Assembly: GCA_020073205.1 (NCBI GenBank)
Contig: JAIQFR010000009.1
Span: 17,071-81,070 of the forward strand
Direction of reading: 5' to 3'
Length of the DNA stretch: 64,000 nucleotides
Origin: Terriglobia bacterium
Lineage (GTDB): Bacteria; Acidobacteriota; Polarisedimenticolia; Polarisedimenticolales; JAIQFR01
Below the pieces are notes generated by a model. It did no database searches. It had not been told where the DNA came from and saw only the letters and a list, made by a program, of their open reading frames with translations. The translations under genes and the position numbers were made by a program. How positions within the stretch are numbered: position 1 is the stretch's first letter; every line of letters begins with the position of its first letter. Positions 17,987 to 27,424 of this stretch are shown here, piece after piece.

Positions 17987-19738
17987 CTAGCCCGACCCCG
18001 GATGGCGGCCGCTCGCCTGTTCCAGCGCCCGGATGAACGCGGGAGGCGGCTCGCGACCGAGCCGCCGCGACGCCTCGACGTCCGACCACGCGCGATCGTA
18101 ATCGCCGAGCTTCCAGAGCGACACCGCTCGGTTTCCGCGCGCCGCCCCGTAGCTCGGGTCGAGGGCGATGGCCCGGTCGAAGTCCGCGACCGCGGACGCA
18201 TGGTCCCCGAGGTGCGCTCGGATGATCCCCCGGTTGTTGTAAGTCTCGGCTTTCGGCTGGATCGCGACGGCCCGGTCGAGGTCCAGGAGGGCCTCGCGAT
18301 CGCGCCCTTCGCGACCGAGGAGATTGCCGCGGTTGTTGTGCGCGGCGGCATCGTACGGATCGAGTTCGATGGCCCGACCGTATTCTCCGATCGCCTGACC
18401 CTCGCGGCCGTCCGCCGCGAGGGCGAATCCCAGTTTGTAGTGGGCGCGGGCGCTCCGCGGCTGCTTTCGGACCTCGTCCCGCCAGAGCGTCGCCGAATCG
18501 TGCCAGGCGAGCGTTCGAGCCCACGTGGCACCGGCCAGCGCCACCGCGATCAGCAGCGACAGCGCGGCGAGCGCGCGAGTTCCGCTCCTTCCCACCCTAA
18601 CCCGGGCCGCCTGGAGCAAATCGGGAACTCCCCACGCGACGATGACGAAGATCCCCACGAGGGGGACGTACGTGTAGCGGTCCGCCATCCCCTGCTCGCC
18701 GACTTGCACGAGGCCCAGGACGGGCACCAGCGTCCCCAGATACCAGAACCATCCGACGGAAAGATACGGGGCGCGGCGCCTCAGCCGAATCGCGGCGGCG
18801 GTGATCGCGATCAAGAGCAGCGCGGCGCCGGCGACCTTCCACGCCGGGAGCGCCGATCGCGGGTGAGGGTAGAGGACCGCGAGGCCGAAGGGAGCGAAGG
18901 CTTTCACGAGATAGGCGACGTACGCGACCGTGGCGTTCGCCAGGCGCTCGGGGAACGAGATGAGCTCCTGGGGAACGATCGCCCGGCCGGCGTGCTGGGC
19001 CGCGAGGGTGATCAATGAAGAGGCGAGGGCCAGGCCGGCCAACGGCAGCCTCTCCAGGAGGACCCGCGCCGGACGAACGTCCCGCTCGAGCGGCCAGCGG
19101 TCCAGGAGCAGCAGCGTGAAGGGGAGGGTCACCAGCATCGGCTTGGCGGCCAGCCCGGCGGCGAACCAGAGGAGGACCACGGCGTACCGGGCCACCCCGG
19201 GCGCGTCGACGTAGCGCGCGTAGGCCCAGGTGGCGAGGAGCCAGAACAAGGTGCTCAACACGTCCTTGCGCTCCGCCACCCAGGCCACCGACTCCACGTG
19301 CAGCGGATGCAGCCCGAAGAGCAGTGAGACCGCGGCGCTGCGGAGCCTGCACCCGGTCATGCGCTCCAGGAGGAGGAACAGCAGCAGCGTGTTCGCGAGG
19401 TGGAGCAGAAGGCTCACCGCGTGATGCCCCGCCGGCCGCGGCCCGAAGAGCTGCCAGTCGAGCATGTGCGACATCCAGGTGACCGGATGCCAGTTTGCGG
19501 CGTCGAACGAGGTCAACGACCAGCGGAGGCTGTCCGCGGTGAGGCCGCTCTGCACGTGGGGATTCGCGGTGACGTACTGGTCGTCGTCGTAGTCCACGAA
19601 GCCGCTCAGGAGCACGGGAAGGTACGCGACGAGCACCGCCACGGCGAGGACGACGACCACGAGCACGCGAGAGGTCCCGCGTCGCGGCGACGGAGCCACG
19701 ACGGCCTTCGATGCCCGGGGCGCCATGTCGCGAAGCAT
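17987..19738 (-). CDS. Second TPR-repeat protein with a TMTC/PMT_2-like membrane domain (paralogue, convergent)
   Basis: VDYDDDQYVTANPHV..NWHPVTWMSHMLD..HPLHVESVAWVAERKDVLS plus C-terminal TPRs. The start is ATG at 19738 (or 19726) rather than the track start at 19882. Confidence 0.8.
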   Translation of the reverse strand: MLRDMAPRASKAVVAPSPRRGTSRVLVVVVLAVAVLVAYLPVLLSGFVDYDDDQYVTANPHVQSGLTADSLRWSLTSFDAANWHPVTWMSHMLDWQLFGPRPAGHHAVSLLLHLANTLLLFLLLERMTGCRLRSAAVSLLFGLHPLHVESVAWVAERKDVLSTLFWLLATWAYARYVDAPGVARYAVVLLWFAAGLAAKPMLVTLPFTLLLLDRWPLERDVRPARVLLERLPLAGLALASSLITLAAQHAGRAIVPQELISFPERLANATVAYVAYLVKAFAPFGLAVLYPHPRSALPAWKVAGAALLLIAITAAAIRLRRRAPYLSVGWFWYLGTLVPVLGLVQVGEQGMADRYTYVPLVGIFVIVAWGVPDLLQAARVRVGRSGTRALAALSLLIAVALAGATWARTLAWHDSATLWRDEVRKQPRSARAHYKLGFALAADGREGQAIGEYGRAIELDPYDAAAHNNRGNLLGREGRDREALLDLDRAVAIQPKAETYNNRGIIRAHLGDHASAVADFDRAIALDPSYGAARGNRAVSLWKLGDYDRAWSDVEASRRLGREPPPAFIRALEQASGRHPGSG

Positions 19739-19880
19739 AACAACGCGATCTCGGCGGGGCAAAGCCCGCCCGGGGGAGGTCCGGAGCGTCCAAGGCGGAT
19801 CTCCTTTGGCTCGCGCGTTGCACGAAGTTCCTGATGGACCGCCGGAGCGCGACGAGACGTCCGGCGCGGGAGGATGCGCC

Positions 19881-21914
19881 ATGCGCCGTCCCTGGGCTTC
19901 GCTCGGAGCGTCGATCCCGGCTGCTTTCCTCGCCGTGACGCCGCTTTTTGCAACGATGTCGATCTACCTGCCGCCCGAGGGGCTCGCGGAGATCGCGCCG
20001 GTCGTGGTCGAGGGCGACGTGACGCGCGTCGCCTCGGGTTACGATCCTGAAACAGGATCACTGGCAACCTACGTCAGCATCGGGGTCGTCGCGGCGTACC
20101 GGGGACCGAACGACCTGCGCGAGATCGTGCTCCGGCAGCCCGGTGGAAGGTACGGTGGACTCGTTCACGAGGTGGACGCCGTTCCGGTCTACGAGCCGGG
20201 CGAGCGGGTCTTCGTCTTCGTCGAGTTTGCGCGCGACGGAGCGCCGCGAACCGCGGGGATGTTCTTCGGCAAGTTCGCCATTCGGCAGGGCGCCACCCGG
20301 GACGGCGACCGCGCGACGCGGGATCTCTCGGGACAGGGGACGATCCTGCGCCGCCCCGACCCTTCGATCGAAGACCTGCCGGTCCGCGATCTGGTCGCGG
20401 TGGTCGAGAACCACCCGTTCCGTTCCCCGGGGACGTCGAAGCCTGCGGTACGACGCCCTCGCACGCTCTCCCCGCCGGCGGGGATGGCTTTCGCTCCGCC
20501 CGAGCTCGATCGGCTCCTTTGGGACGACGAGCGCGTCGTGCCGGGCAGCGCGCCGGTCGCAGGGGGCGGCGGAAGCCTCGCCGCAGGATACCGCCCTGTC
20601 GACGTCGGAGCGCCGCCGGCCTTCGACTTCACCCCCTTGAGCGCCACGTCGCCGACGCGGTGGGAGGAGACCGACTCGGGAACGGCGATCACGGTCAACA
20701 TCGAGCAGGCGAGGAACCCGCTGAGCAATGGCCCCGCCGCCGTGAACGAGATCAAGCGTGGCATGGCCGCGTGGACCCACGTGCCCGAGGGGCGGGTGAT
20801 GCTTGAGAGCGGCAACGAGAATTACAACTTCTCGGGCACGAATGCGCAGAGCCCGGCGGTCGCCTACCCTCCTGTGAACATCGTCCTGTTCGGCGACCCG
20901 TACGGGGAGATCACGGACCCCTCCGGCTGCTCCGGCGTCCTGGCGCTCGGCGGGTATTGGCGCTCGGGATCCACGGGGAGGACGGTCAACAACGTGACCT
21001 TCTACCCGGCGCTCCGGCTCTACCTGATCTTCAACAACGCCTTCGAGTGCTTTCTCGGAAACACGGACAACCTCGCGGAGGTCGCCGCGCACGAGCTCGG
21101 CCACGGGATCGGTTTCGGGCACTCCACGGTGGCCGACTCGATCATGCGGGCGACCGCTTACGGCAACGGCCGTGGCCCGCGGCTCGGCGACGACGACCGC
21201 GACGCCGCGCACTGCCACTACCCGCACACGCTGGCGGTCACCGCGCCGAACGGGGGGGAGAGCTGGACGGCGGGGACGGTGCACTCGATCAGCTGGACCG
21301 CGACGACGGAGGCCGGAGCGGACCCGGGGACGGTGAGCCTCGAATACTCGACGGACTCCGGCTCGTCGTGGCTTCCGATCGCCACGGGCGAGGCCAACGA
21401 CGGCACGTACTCGTGGACGGTGCCTTCGGCGCCCGGGGCCCACGCACGGGTCCGGGTGATCCGCCCGAACCGCGTGAGCCCGACCCCCTTCCCCTACCCG
21501 TCCGCGTGCAGCTCGGACGCCACGAACGCGGATTTCACGATCGCGGCGGCGAACCCTGCGGCGGGGACCGTCCCGGACGGCGCCCCGGGAGCGCCGGTCC
21601 GCGTCGCGAAGGCGGCGGGAGCGGACCTCACCATGACCTGGGGCGCCTCGTGCGCGGGGACCGCCACCGACTACGCGATCTACGAAGGGACGCTCTCGGC
21701 GCTCCGCGCGGGGAGCTGGGATCACCTGCCCGTCGCGTGCTCCGCGGGAGCCGACCTGACGCAGACGCTCACGCCCGGCGTCGGGAGCCGGTACTACCTC
21801 GTCGCGCCGCGGGCGGGCTCGATCGAGGGAACCCTCGGCGCGCGGTCGTCGGGAACGCCGAGGCCCGCGTCGCAGGGGGCATGCGCGCCAAGGGAGGCGA
21901 GCTCCTGCGAATGA
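19881..21914 (+). CDS. Secreted matrixin-like (M10, metzincin) zinc metalloprotease with C-terminal beta-rich domains
   Basis: ATG at 19881 follows GGGAGGA, and the N-terminus looks like a signal peptide. The zinc motif is AAHELGHGIGFGHSTVADSIM (HExxHxxGxxH plus a Met-turn). Confidence 0.75.
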   Translation: MRRPWASLGASIPAAFLAVTPLFATMSIYLPPEGLAEIAPVVVEGDVTRVASGYDPETGSLATYVSIGVVAAYRGPNDLREIVLRQPGGRYGGLVHEVDAVPVYEPGERVFVFVEFARDGAPRTAGMFFGKFAIRQGATRDGDRATRDLSGQGTILRRPDPSIEDLPVRDLVAVVENHPFRSPGTSKPAVRRPRTLSPPAGMAFAPPELDRLLWDDERVVPGSAPVAGGGGSLAAGYRPVDVGAPPAFDFTPLSATSPTRWEETDSGTAITVNIEQARNPLSNGPAAVNEIKRGMAAWTHVPEGRVMLESGNENYNFSGTNAQSPAVAYPPVNIVLFGDPYGEITDPSGCSGVLALGGYWRSGSTGRTVNNVTFYPALRLYLIFNNAFECFLGNTDNLAEVAAHELGHGIGFGHSTVADSIMRATAYGNGRGPRLGDDDRDAAHCHYPHTLAVTAPNGGESWTAGTVHSISWTATTEAGADPGTVSLEYSTDSGSSWLPIATGEANDGTYSWTVPSAPGAHARVRVIRPNRVSPTPFPYPSACSSDATNADFTIAAANPAAGTVPDGAPGAPVRVAKAAGADLTMTWGASCAGTATDYAIYEGTLSALRAGSWDHLPVACSAGADLTQTLTPGVGSRYYLVAPRAGSIEGTLGARSSGTPRPASQGACAPREASSCE

Positions 21915-21998
21915 GGCGAGCACTTTGGTGCGCGGCGCCGGCCGCCGGGTTAGCATGGCGGGATCCGGCCCCCGGAGATGCCGGAACAGGAGGCCGCC

Positions 21999-22559
21999 AT
22001 GCCGTTCGGGACCTTGTGGCTCCCCGTCGTCGTCTCAACCGTCGCCGTGTTCGTCCTCAGCTCCATCTCGCACATGCTGCTGAAACACCACAAGCACGAT
22101 TACCGAGGGCTGCCGAACGAGGAGGCGTTCCGCGAGGTGGTGCAGAAGGGCGGCGCCGCCCCGGGAGTCTACTTCGTCCCGTACTGCGGCACCCCTTCCC
22201 AGATGAAGGACCCGGCGGTCATGAAGAAGTACACCGAGGGCCCCGTCGCGATGCTCACGCTGATGCGGCACGGCGCGCCGGCCCTCGGGAAGCACCTGCT
22301 GCAGTGGGCCCTGCTGTGTCTTCTCATCAGCTTCACCGCTGCCTACGTCGCCCGGCACAGTCTCTCCCTCTCCACCGACGGGCTCACGGTCATGCGCATC
22401 ACCGGAACCGTGGCGTTCGTGGGGTACGCCTACGGGTACTTCCAGGATTCGATCTGGAAGGGGATCCCGTGGGCGAATTCCTTGAGGGGAATCGCCGACG
22501 CGGTCGTGTACGCGGTCGCGACCGGGCTCGTGTTCCGGCTGCTGTGGCCGGCGGCGTGA
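21999..22559 (+). CDS. Hypothetical integral membrane protein
   Basis: ATG at 21999 is preceded by AGGAGG 6 nt upstream. About 4 hydrophobic segments are visible, and I recognise no family. Confidence 0.6.
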   Translation: MPFGTLWLPVVVSTVAVFVLSSISHMLLKHHKHDYRGLPNEEAFREVVQKGGAAPGVYFVPYCGTPSQMKDPAVMKKYTEGPVAMLTLMRHGAPALGKHLLQWALLCLLISFTAAYVARHSLSLSTDGLTVMRITGTVAFVGYAYGYFQDSIWKGIPWANSLRGIADAVVYAVATGLVFRLLWPAA

Positions 22560-22673
22560 GGAGGAGGCCGGCGGCCGTCGACGTCTTGCCCGACGGGTCG
22601 ATGCTCGTGTCGGACGACCTCGGGGGAGAGATCCACGGGATTCGGCGTCGAGGCAGGTAAGGAAGGAGCTTTT

Positions 22674-22682
22674 TGCTATAGT
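22674..22682 (+). promoter_or_regulatory. Extended -10 element TGcTATAGT upstream of the spermidine-synthase-like gene
   Basis: tgctatagt at 22674-22682 sits in an AT-richer patch, 35 nt upstream of the TTG start at 22717. Confidence 0.4.
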
Positions 22683-22716
22683 CCGGAGCCCGCTCGCATC
22701 CGTCGGGAGACGCCCT

Positions 22717-24936
22717 TTGATCAGGATCCGGTGGTTCTACGGCTTCTTCCTCGTCTCGGGATTCTGCAGCCTCGTCTACGAGGTGGTCTGGATCCGTCTC
22801 GCGATGGCGACGTTCGGCGCCACGACCCCGGCGGTGTCAACGGTCCTGTCGGTGTTCATGGCCGGCCTCGCCGTCGGCAGCGTCGGCGGCGGGCGGCTCG
22901 CCGCGCGGCTCGCGCACCGGGGTCCGTCCCTCCCCCTGAGGCTCTACGCGTCGGCGGAGCTCGGGATCTCGATCTCGGCTCTCGCGGTGCCGCGCCTGTT
23001 CCTGTGGGGGCGCCTTCTTCTTCTGGGGGTGGATCGCGGGGCGGATTGGCGCTCCGCCGCCTACTACCTCGTTTCGGGCTCCTGGGTCGCCCTGGCGCTG
23101 CTCCCGTTCTGCGTCTGCATGGGCGCGACGTTCCCGCTGGCGATGTCGGCGATCCGGCGCGCCGCCGGTTCGGCGCCGGAGCGATCGTTCAGCTACCTCT
23201 ACGTCGCGAACGTCATGGGCGCGACCGCCGGAACCCTGGCCTCCGCGTTCGTGCTCATCGAGCTGTTCGGTTTCAGGGGAACGCTCGCGACCGCGGCGAT
23301 CCTCAACCTGGCGCTGGCGGCGACGGCCCTCGCCCTGAGCCTCGGGAGGCGCGAGGAAGGGAAGGAGGAGAAGCGTAAGGCTCCGCCGGAGCGGCCTGCG
23401 CCGGTCGGCGCGTCGCCGTGGCCCCTTCTCCTCATGCTGTTCTGCACCGGCATGGTCAGCATGGCGATGGAGGTCGTCTGGACCCGCCAGTTCACGCCGT
23501 ACCTCGGGACGTTCGTCTACGCGTTCGCCTGCATCCTCGCCGTTTATCTGGCCGCCACGTTCGTGGGCTCGGGACTCTACCGCCGGTGGGCCGCCTCGTC
23601 GCGCGGCGCCGGACGGTTCGCCGCGCTCGGACTCCACGCCTGGCCCCTGGCGGGGGCGGCGGGCCTGATGCCGCTGCTCGCCGCGGATCCACGGTTACCC
23701 CTCGTGGACAAGCCGTTCCCGGGAACGGTCCGCGTGGGGATCGGGCTCGTCCTGTTCTGCGGCGCCGTCGGGTTCCTGACGCCGATGCTCGTGGATCGGT
23801 GCTCGGGCGGCGATCCCGACCGCGCCGGGCGCGCATACGCGGTCAACGTGCTCGGCTGCATCGCGGGCCCCCTCCTCGCCGGGTTCGTGCTCCTCCCGCA
23901 CATCGGGGAGCGAACCTCCCTGATCCTCCTGGCGCTGCCGCTCTTCGCGCTCTGGCCGCTGGCCCGTGGCCGGATCGCCCCGGGAGAGCCGGGACCCCGC
24001 CGCGGCTTGGCCGTCCTCGTCCCCTGCGCCGCCGTGGCGCTAGTCCTCGGCGGCGCGACGAAGGACTTCGAGACGGTGTACCCCGCGCGCCAGGTCCTTC
24101 GCGACTACGAGGCGACGGTGATCGCGACGGGCGAGGGGATGAAGAAGCAGCTCCTGGTCAACGGGTACGGGATGTCCGCGCTGACCCCGGTCACCAAGAT
24201 GATGGTGCACTTCCCGGCGGCGTTCCGCTCGTCACCGCCGCGGAACGCCCTGGTGATCTGCTTCGGCATGGGAACCAGCTTCCGGTCCGCCCTCTCGTGG
24301 AACATCCCGGTGACCGCGGTGGAGCTGGTGCCCAGCGTTCCCGCCCTGTTCGGCTACTACCACGCCGACGGTCCCGACCTCCTGCGCTCCCCGAACGCCC
24401 GCGTCGTGATCGACGACGGCCGGCGATTCCTCGAGCGAACGTCGGAGCTCTACGACCTCGTGGCCATCGATCCGCCGCCTCCGGCCGAGGCGGCGGGGTC
24501 GAGCCTCCTTTATTCCGAGGAGTTCTACCGGCTGATTCGCCGGCATCTGGCGCCCGGCGGGGTGTTGCAGCAGTGGTTCTACAAGGGGGACGAGGCGACC
24601 GTCTCGTCGGTGGTCCGCGCCCTCCTGGCGTCATTCCCCAACGTGCGCGCGTTCCCGTCGGTGGCGGGGTATGGAATGCACTTCCTGTGCACCGAGGAGC
24701 CACTGCCGCCCGCCGATGCCCTGACCCTCGCCTCGCGACTCCCGCCGACCGCGACGAGGGATCTGATGGAGTGGTGGCCGGGCATCGATCCCAGGGCGCC
24801 GTTCGCTCAGGTCCTCACGAGGGAACTCTCCCTCGATTCCGTGGTCTCGAAAGGCCCGCGGGTTCCCGCCCTGAGCGACGACCATCCGGTGAACGAGTAC
24901 TTCTTCCTGCGGCGGACGTTCGGGGCGGGAGGCTAG
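22717..24936 (+). CDS. Fused polytopic membrane / spermidine synthase-like (aminopropyl- or methyl-transferase fold) protein
   Basis: The N-terminal part of about 430 aa is polytopic (FFLVSGFCSLVYEVVWIRL...). The C-terminal part is SpeE-like (LVICFGMGTSFRSAL..VTAVELVPSV..VIDDGRRFL..YDLVAIDPPPP). Confidence 0.75.
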   Translation: MIRIRWFYGFFLVSGFCSLVYEVVWIRLAMATFGATTPAVSTVLSVFMAGLAVGSVGGGRLAARLAHRGPSLPLRLYASAELGISISALAVPRLFLWGRLLLLGVDRGADWRSAAYYLVSGSWVALALLPFCVCMGATFPLAMSAIRRAAGSAPERSFSYLYVANVMGATAGTLASAFVLIELFGFRGTLATAAILNLALAATALALSLGRREEGKEEKRKAPPERPAPVGASPWPLLLMLFCTGMVSMAMEVVWTRQFTPYLGTFVYAFACILAVYLAATFVGSGLYRRWAASSRGAGRFAALGLHAWPLAGAAGLMPLLAADPRLPLVDKPFPGTVRVGIGLVLFCGAVGFLTPMLVDRCSGGDPDRAGRAYAVNVLGCIAGPLLAGFVLLPHIGERTSLILLALPLFALWPLARGRIAPGEPGPRRGLAVLVPCAAVALVLGGATKDFETVYPARQVLRDYEATVIATGEGMKKQLLVNGYGMSALTPVTKMMVHFPAAFRSSPPRNALVICFGMGTSFRSALSWNIPVTAVELVPSVPALFGYYHADGPDLLRSPNARVVIDDGRRFLERTSELYDLVAIDPPPPAEAAGSSLLYSEEFYRLIRRHLAPGGVLQQWFYKGDEATVSSVVRALLASFPNVRAFPSVAGYGMHFLCTEEPLPPADALTLASRLPPTATRDLMEWWPGIDPRAPFAQVLTRELSLDSVVSKGPRVPALSDDHPVNEYFFLRRTFGAGG

Positions 24937-25505
24937 GCGCGTTCCCTTTCGCCGAGCAGGAACAGCTCGCAGGCGAGGACCAGGACCAGCGACCCCGCGA
25001 GGGCGGCGAGCCAGGCGGCGAGGGCGAACCCGCCGACCCGGGCGATCCGGGTCTCGATCTCGCGCAGCGAGCGCCCCACCACGACGAAGCCGGGCTTCTC
25101 CCCGTCGTAGCCGATCACCACCGTGGCGATCCTCACCCCCGCCTCGGGCTGCCAGGTGACCCGGTGCTCCCCGTGCTGTCGGGCGAACCCGAGCACCCCC
25201 GGGGGGAGGATCGGCACCTTCCCGTGCAGGAGCCCGGACGCTCCCACGACTTCCCCCTTCTCGTCGAGCACCACCATGAACGACGAGGGGCTTCGGGCGA
25301 CGTCGATGCGGCCCGAGGGCAAGACGGACGTGACGGGTTCGCCGCGGGCGAGGGAGTCCGCCGCGTCTTCCGCCAGCTGGATCTGCGGATCGTTCGCCGA
25401 GCTCCGCAACGTCTGCTGAACCGAGAGGTAGACGAGGCCGCAGAGGACGGTCGCCACCGCCGCGATCGGCAACCAGTGTCCGAGAACGCCCTTCGCGACC
25501 CGCAC
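24933..25505 (-). CDS. Hypothetical protein with N- and C-terminal TM anchors
   Basis: 190 aa with hydrophobic ends and no recognised motif. GC3-rich codon use supports it being coding. It overlaps the convergent upstream gene by 4 nt. Confidence 0.55.
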   Translation of the reverse strand: MRVAKGVLGHWLPIAAVATVLCGLVYLSVQQTLRSSANDPQIQLAEDAADSLARGEPVTSVLPSGRIDVARSPSSFMVVLDEKGEVVGASGLLHGKVPILPPGVLGFARQHGEHRVTWQPEAGVRIATVVIGYDGEKPGFVVVGRSLREIETRIARVGGFALAAWLAALAGSLVLVLACELFLLGERERA

Positions 25506-25579
25506 GGCTCACCTCCCCGCCCGCGATCCTTCGCCGCATCGCGGGCTCCTAGGACCCTCGATCCTCGGGAACCCCGTGC

Positions 25580-26326
25580 TCAACCCGTCGCGGCGCGCGC
25601 CAGGCCGCCGAACCGGCGCTCCCTCCGCCGGAACTCGGCGAGCGCCGCCTCGAGGTGCTCGGCCCCGAAGTCGGGCCACATCACCGGGGTGAAGTACAGC
25701 TCCGCGTACGCGCACTCCCACAGAAGGAAATCGGAGAGGCGCTGCTCGCCGCCGGTCCGGATCAGGAGGTCCACGTCGGGCGCCGCCCCCGCCCCCGGGT
25801 GCTGGGGATCGAGGAGCGTCGCGAGGGCCCCCCTCGCGTCCCCCCCGAGGCCGGGCGGGGCCGAGGCGCGCGCGAGGCCCGTTGCCGCCGCGGCGATGGC
25901 GTCGCGCGCGGAGTAGTCGACCGCGAGCCTCAGCACGAGCGCGGTCCCGCCGGCCGTCGACTCCTCCGCGGCGCGCACCGCCGTCAGGACGTCGGGCGGG
26001 AGCCGGTCCCGCCGCCCGATCACGCGGAGGTCGACCCCCTTCTCCACGCAGCGCGCTGTCTGTCCCAGGAGGTAGTCCCGGAACAGGCGCATCAGGGTCG
26101 CGACCTCGTCCGGCGGCCGCTTCCAGTTGTCGGACGAGAAGGCGTAGAGCGTGAGCGTGTCGATTCCGAGTCCGGGGGCAGCCTCCACCGTCCGTCGCAC
26201 CGCCCTGGCGCCGGCCCGGTGCCCCGCCGTCCGCGGGCGGCCGCGCGCCGCGGCCCACCGGCCGTTCCCGTCCATGATGATCGCCACGTGGAGGCCATGG
26301 CGGGCGGTTTTCAAAGTGCTTTGCAT
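25580..26326 (-). CDS. uppS: Isoprenyl transferase (undecaprenyl-diphosphate synthase family)
   Basis: [41 protein letters not shown]. Confidence 0.95.
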   Translation of the reverse strand: MQSTLKTARHGLHVAIIMDGNGRWAAARGRPRTAGHRAGARAVRRTVEAAPGLGIDTLTLYAFSSDNWKRPPDEVATLMRLFRDYLLGQTARCVEKGVDLRVIGRRDRLPPDVLTAVRAAEESTAGGTALVLRLAVDYSARDAIAAAATGLARASAPPGLGGDARGALATLLDPQHPGAGAAPDVDLLIRTGGEQRLSDFLLWECAYAELYFTPVMWPDFGAEHLEAALAEFRRRERRFGGLARAATG

Positions 26327-26342
26327 CGTAGAGTCTCTCCCG

Positions 26343-26369
26343 AAAAAAAACCCGTCAGCGCACGCGGGT
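26343..26369 (-). terminator. Weak hairpin plus U8 tract at the 3' end of the HTH gene
   Basis: On the minus strand, ACCCG-N10-CGGGT is followed by TTTTTTTT (plus-strand A8 at 26343-26350). An 8-nt homopolymer is striking in this GC-rich DNA, but the stem is only 5 bp. Confidence 0.3.
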
Positions 26370-26735
26370 CGCGCGGATGATCGCTTCCATGTGGTCCAGG
26401 TAACGCTCGAGCGCCCTTCGACCGCTCGCCGTGAGCCGGTAGTGGGTCCGCGGGAGCCTTCCCTCGAATCGCTTCGTGCACGCGATGTAGCCGGCCTCCT
26501 CCAGCCTCCGGGCGTGGACGCTCAGGTTGCCGTCGGTGGTCTTGAGCAGCGCCTTCAGCTCCACGAACGTCAGCGCGTCGTTCACCGCCAGGGCGCTGAC
26601 GATCCCGAGGCGCAGCCGCTCGTGGATCAGCCGGTCGAGCGCCGCGGCCTTCCCCGGCGGCTCCGTCGCCGCGCCGCGCGAGGCCGGGCGGCCGGTGATC
26701 TCCTGCGCCCGCGAGGCGGACCTCGTCCTACCCAC
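26355..26735 (-). CDS. Winged-helix transcriptional regulator (HTH_34 / ArsR-like)
   Basis: [74 protein letters not shown]. Confidence 0.8.
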   Translation of the reverse strand: MGRTRSASRAQEITGRPASRGAATEPPGKAAALDRLIHERLRLGIVSALAVNDALTFVELKALLKTTDGNLSVHARRLEEAGYIACTKRFEGRLPRTHYRLTASGRRALERYLDHMEAIIRATRVR

Positions 26736-27342
26736 CGTGCTCCCTCCAGATCAGGAGGCCGAACAGGAGGTGCAGGCCTCCGAAGCCCGCGGCCATCGCC
26801 GGGCCGCCCCACGACGCGGGGCCGAGCAGGGCGCCCGCTCCCGCCAGCATGAACCCGAGTCCCATCACCGGCACCACCCGGACCGAGAACGCGCCGCCGG
26901 TCACCATCCCGGTCCCGTACAGGAGGAGCCAGGTGCCCGGCAGGAGGTCCGGTCGACCCGCCCGGTACAGCGCCGCCGTGAGAAACGCCCCTGCCAGGAG
27001 CGGCGGGGCGAACGCCAGCGCCGCCTTGCGTCCGGGCGCAGTGAAGAGCGCGACCCCCGCCGCGCGCGCCTTGAGCGCGGCCGTGGCCACACCGATGGCG
27101 AGGGCGGTGATCGCCTCGGCCAGCCAGGTGACGATCCACCCGAGGACGCTCCCCCGCGTCGAGGCGAGCCACGCGGCCGCGAGCGCGGTCAGTCCGATCA
27201 GGACGATCCCCCGCCCCGGCACCGCGGTGAACCGCGAGGCCCCCTCCATCGTGTCGCGGATGAAGTGCAGGTGGTCGAGCGCGCGCTCCTCCAGGGCCGG
27301 AGGGGCCCCGGCGCGCGTTCGAAGCGGTGCGGTGGACCTCAT
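26728..27342 (-). CDS. Hypothetical integral membrane protein, coupled to the HTH regulator
   Basis: 204 aa with about 6 TM segments. It overlaps the regulator gene by 8 nt. Confidence 0.6.
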   Translation of the reverse strand: MRSTAPLRTRAGAPPALEERALDHLHFIRDTMEGASRFTAVPGRGIVLIGLTALAAAWLASTRGSVLGWIVTWLAEAITALAIGVATAALKARAAGVALFTAPGRKAALAFAPPLLAGAFLTAALYRAGRPDLLPGTWLLLYGTGMVTGGAFSVRVVPVMGLGFMLAGAGALLGPASWGGPAMAAGFGGLHLLFGLLIWREHGG

Positions 27343-27424
27343 GCGGAGATCGTAGGGCGACGGAACGGACTTGTCAAGTACTTTGTGATACAGAGTTACG
27401 GACCGATCGGCCCGCGCCCCGGCG

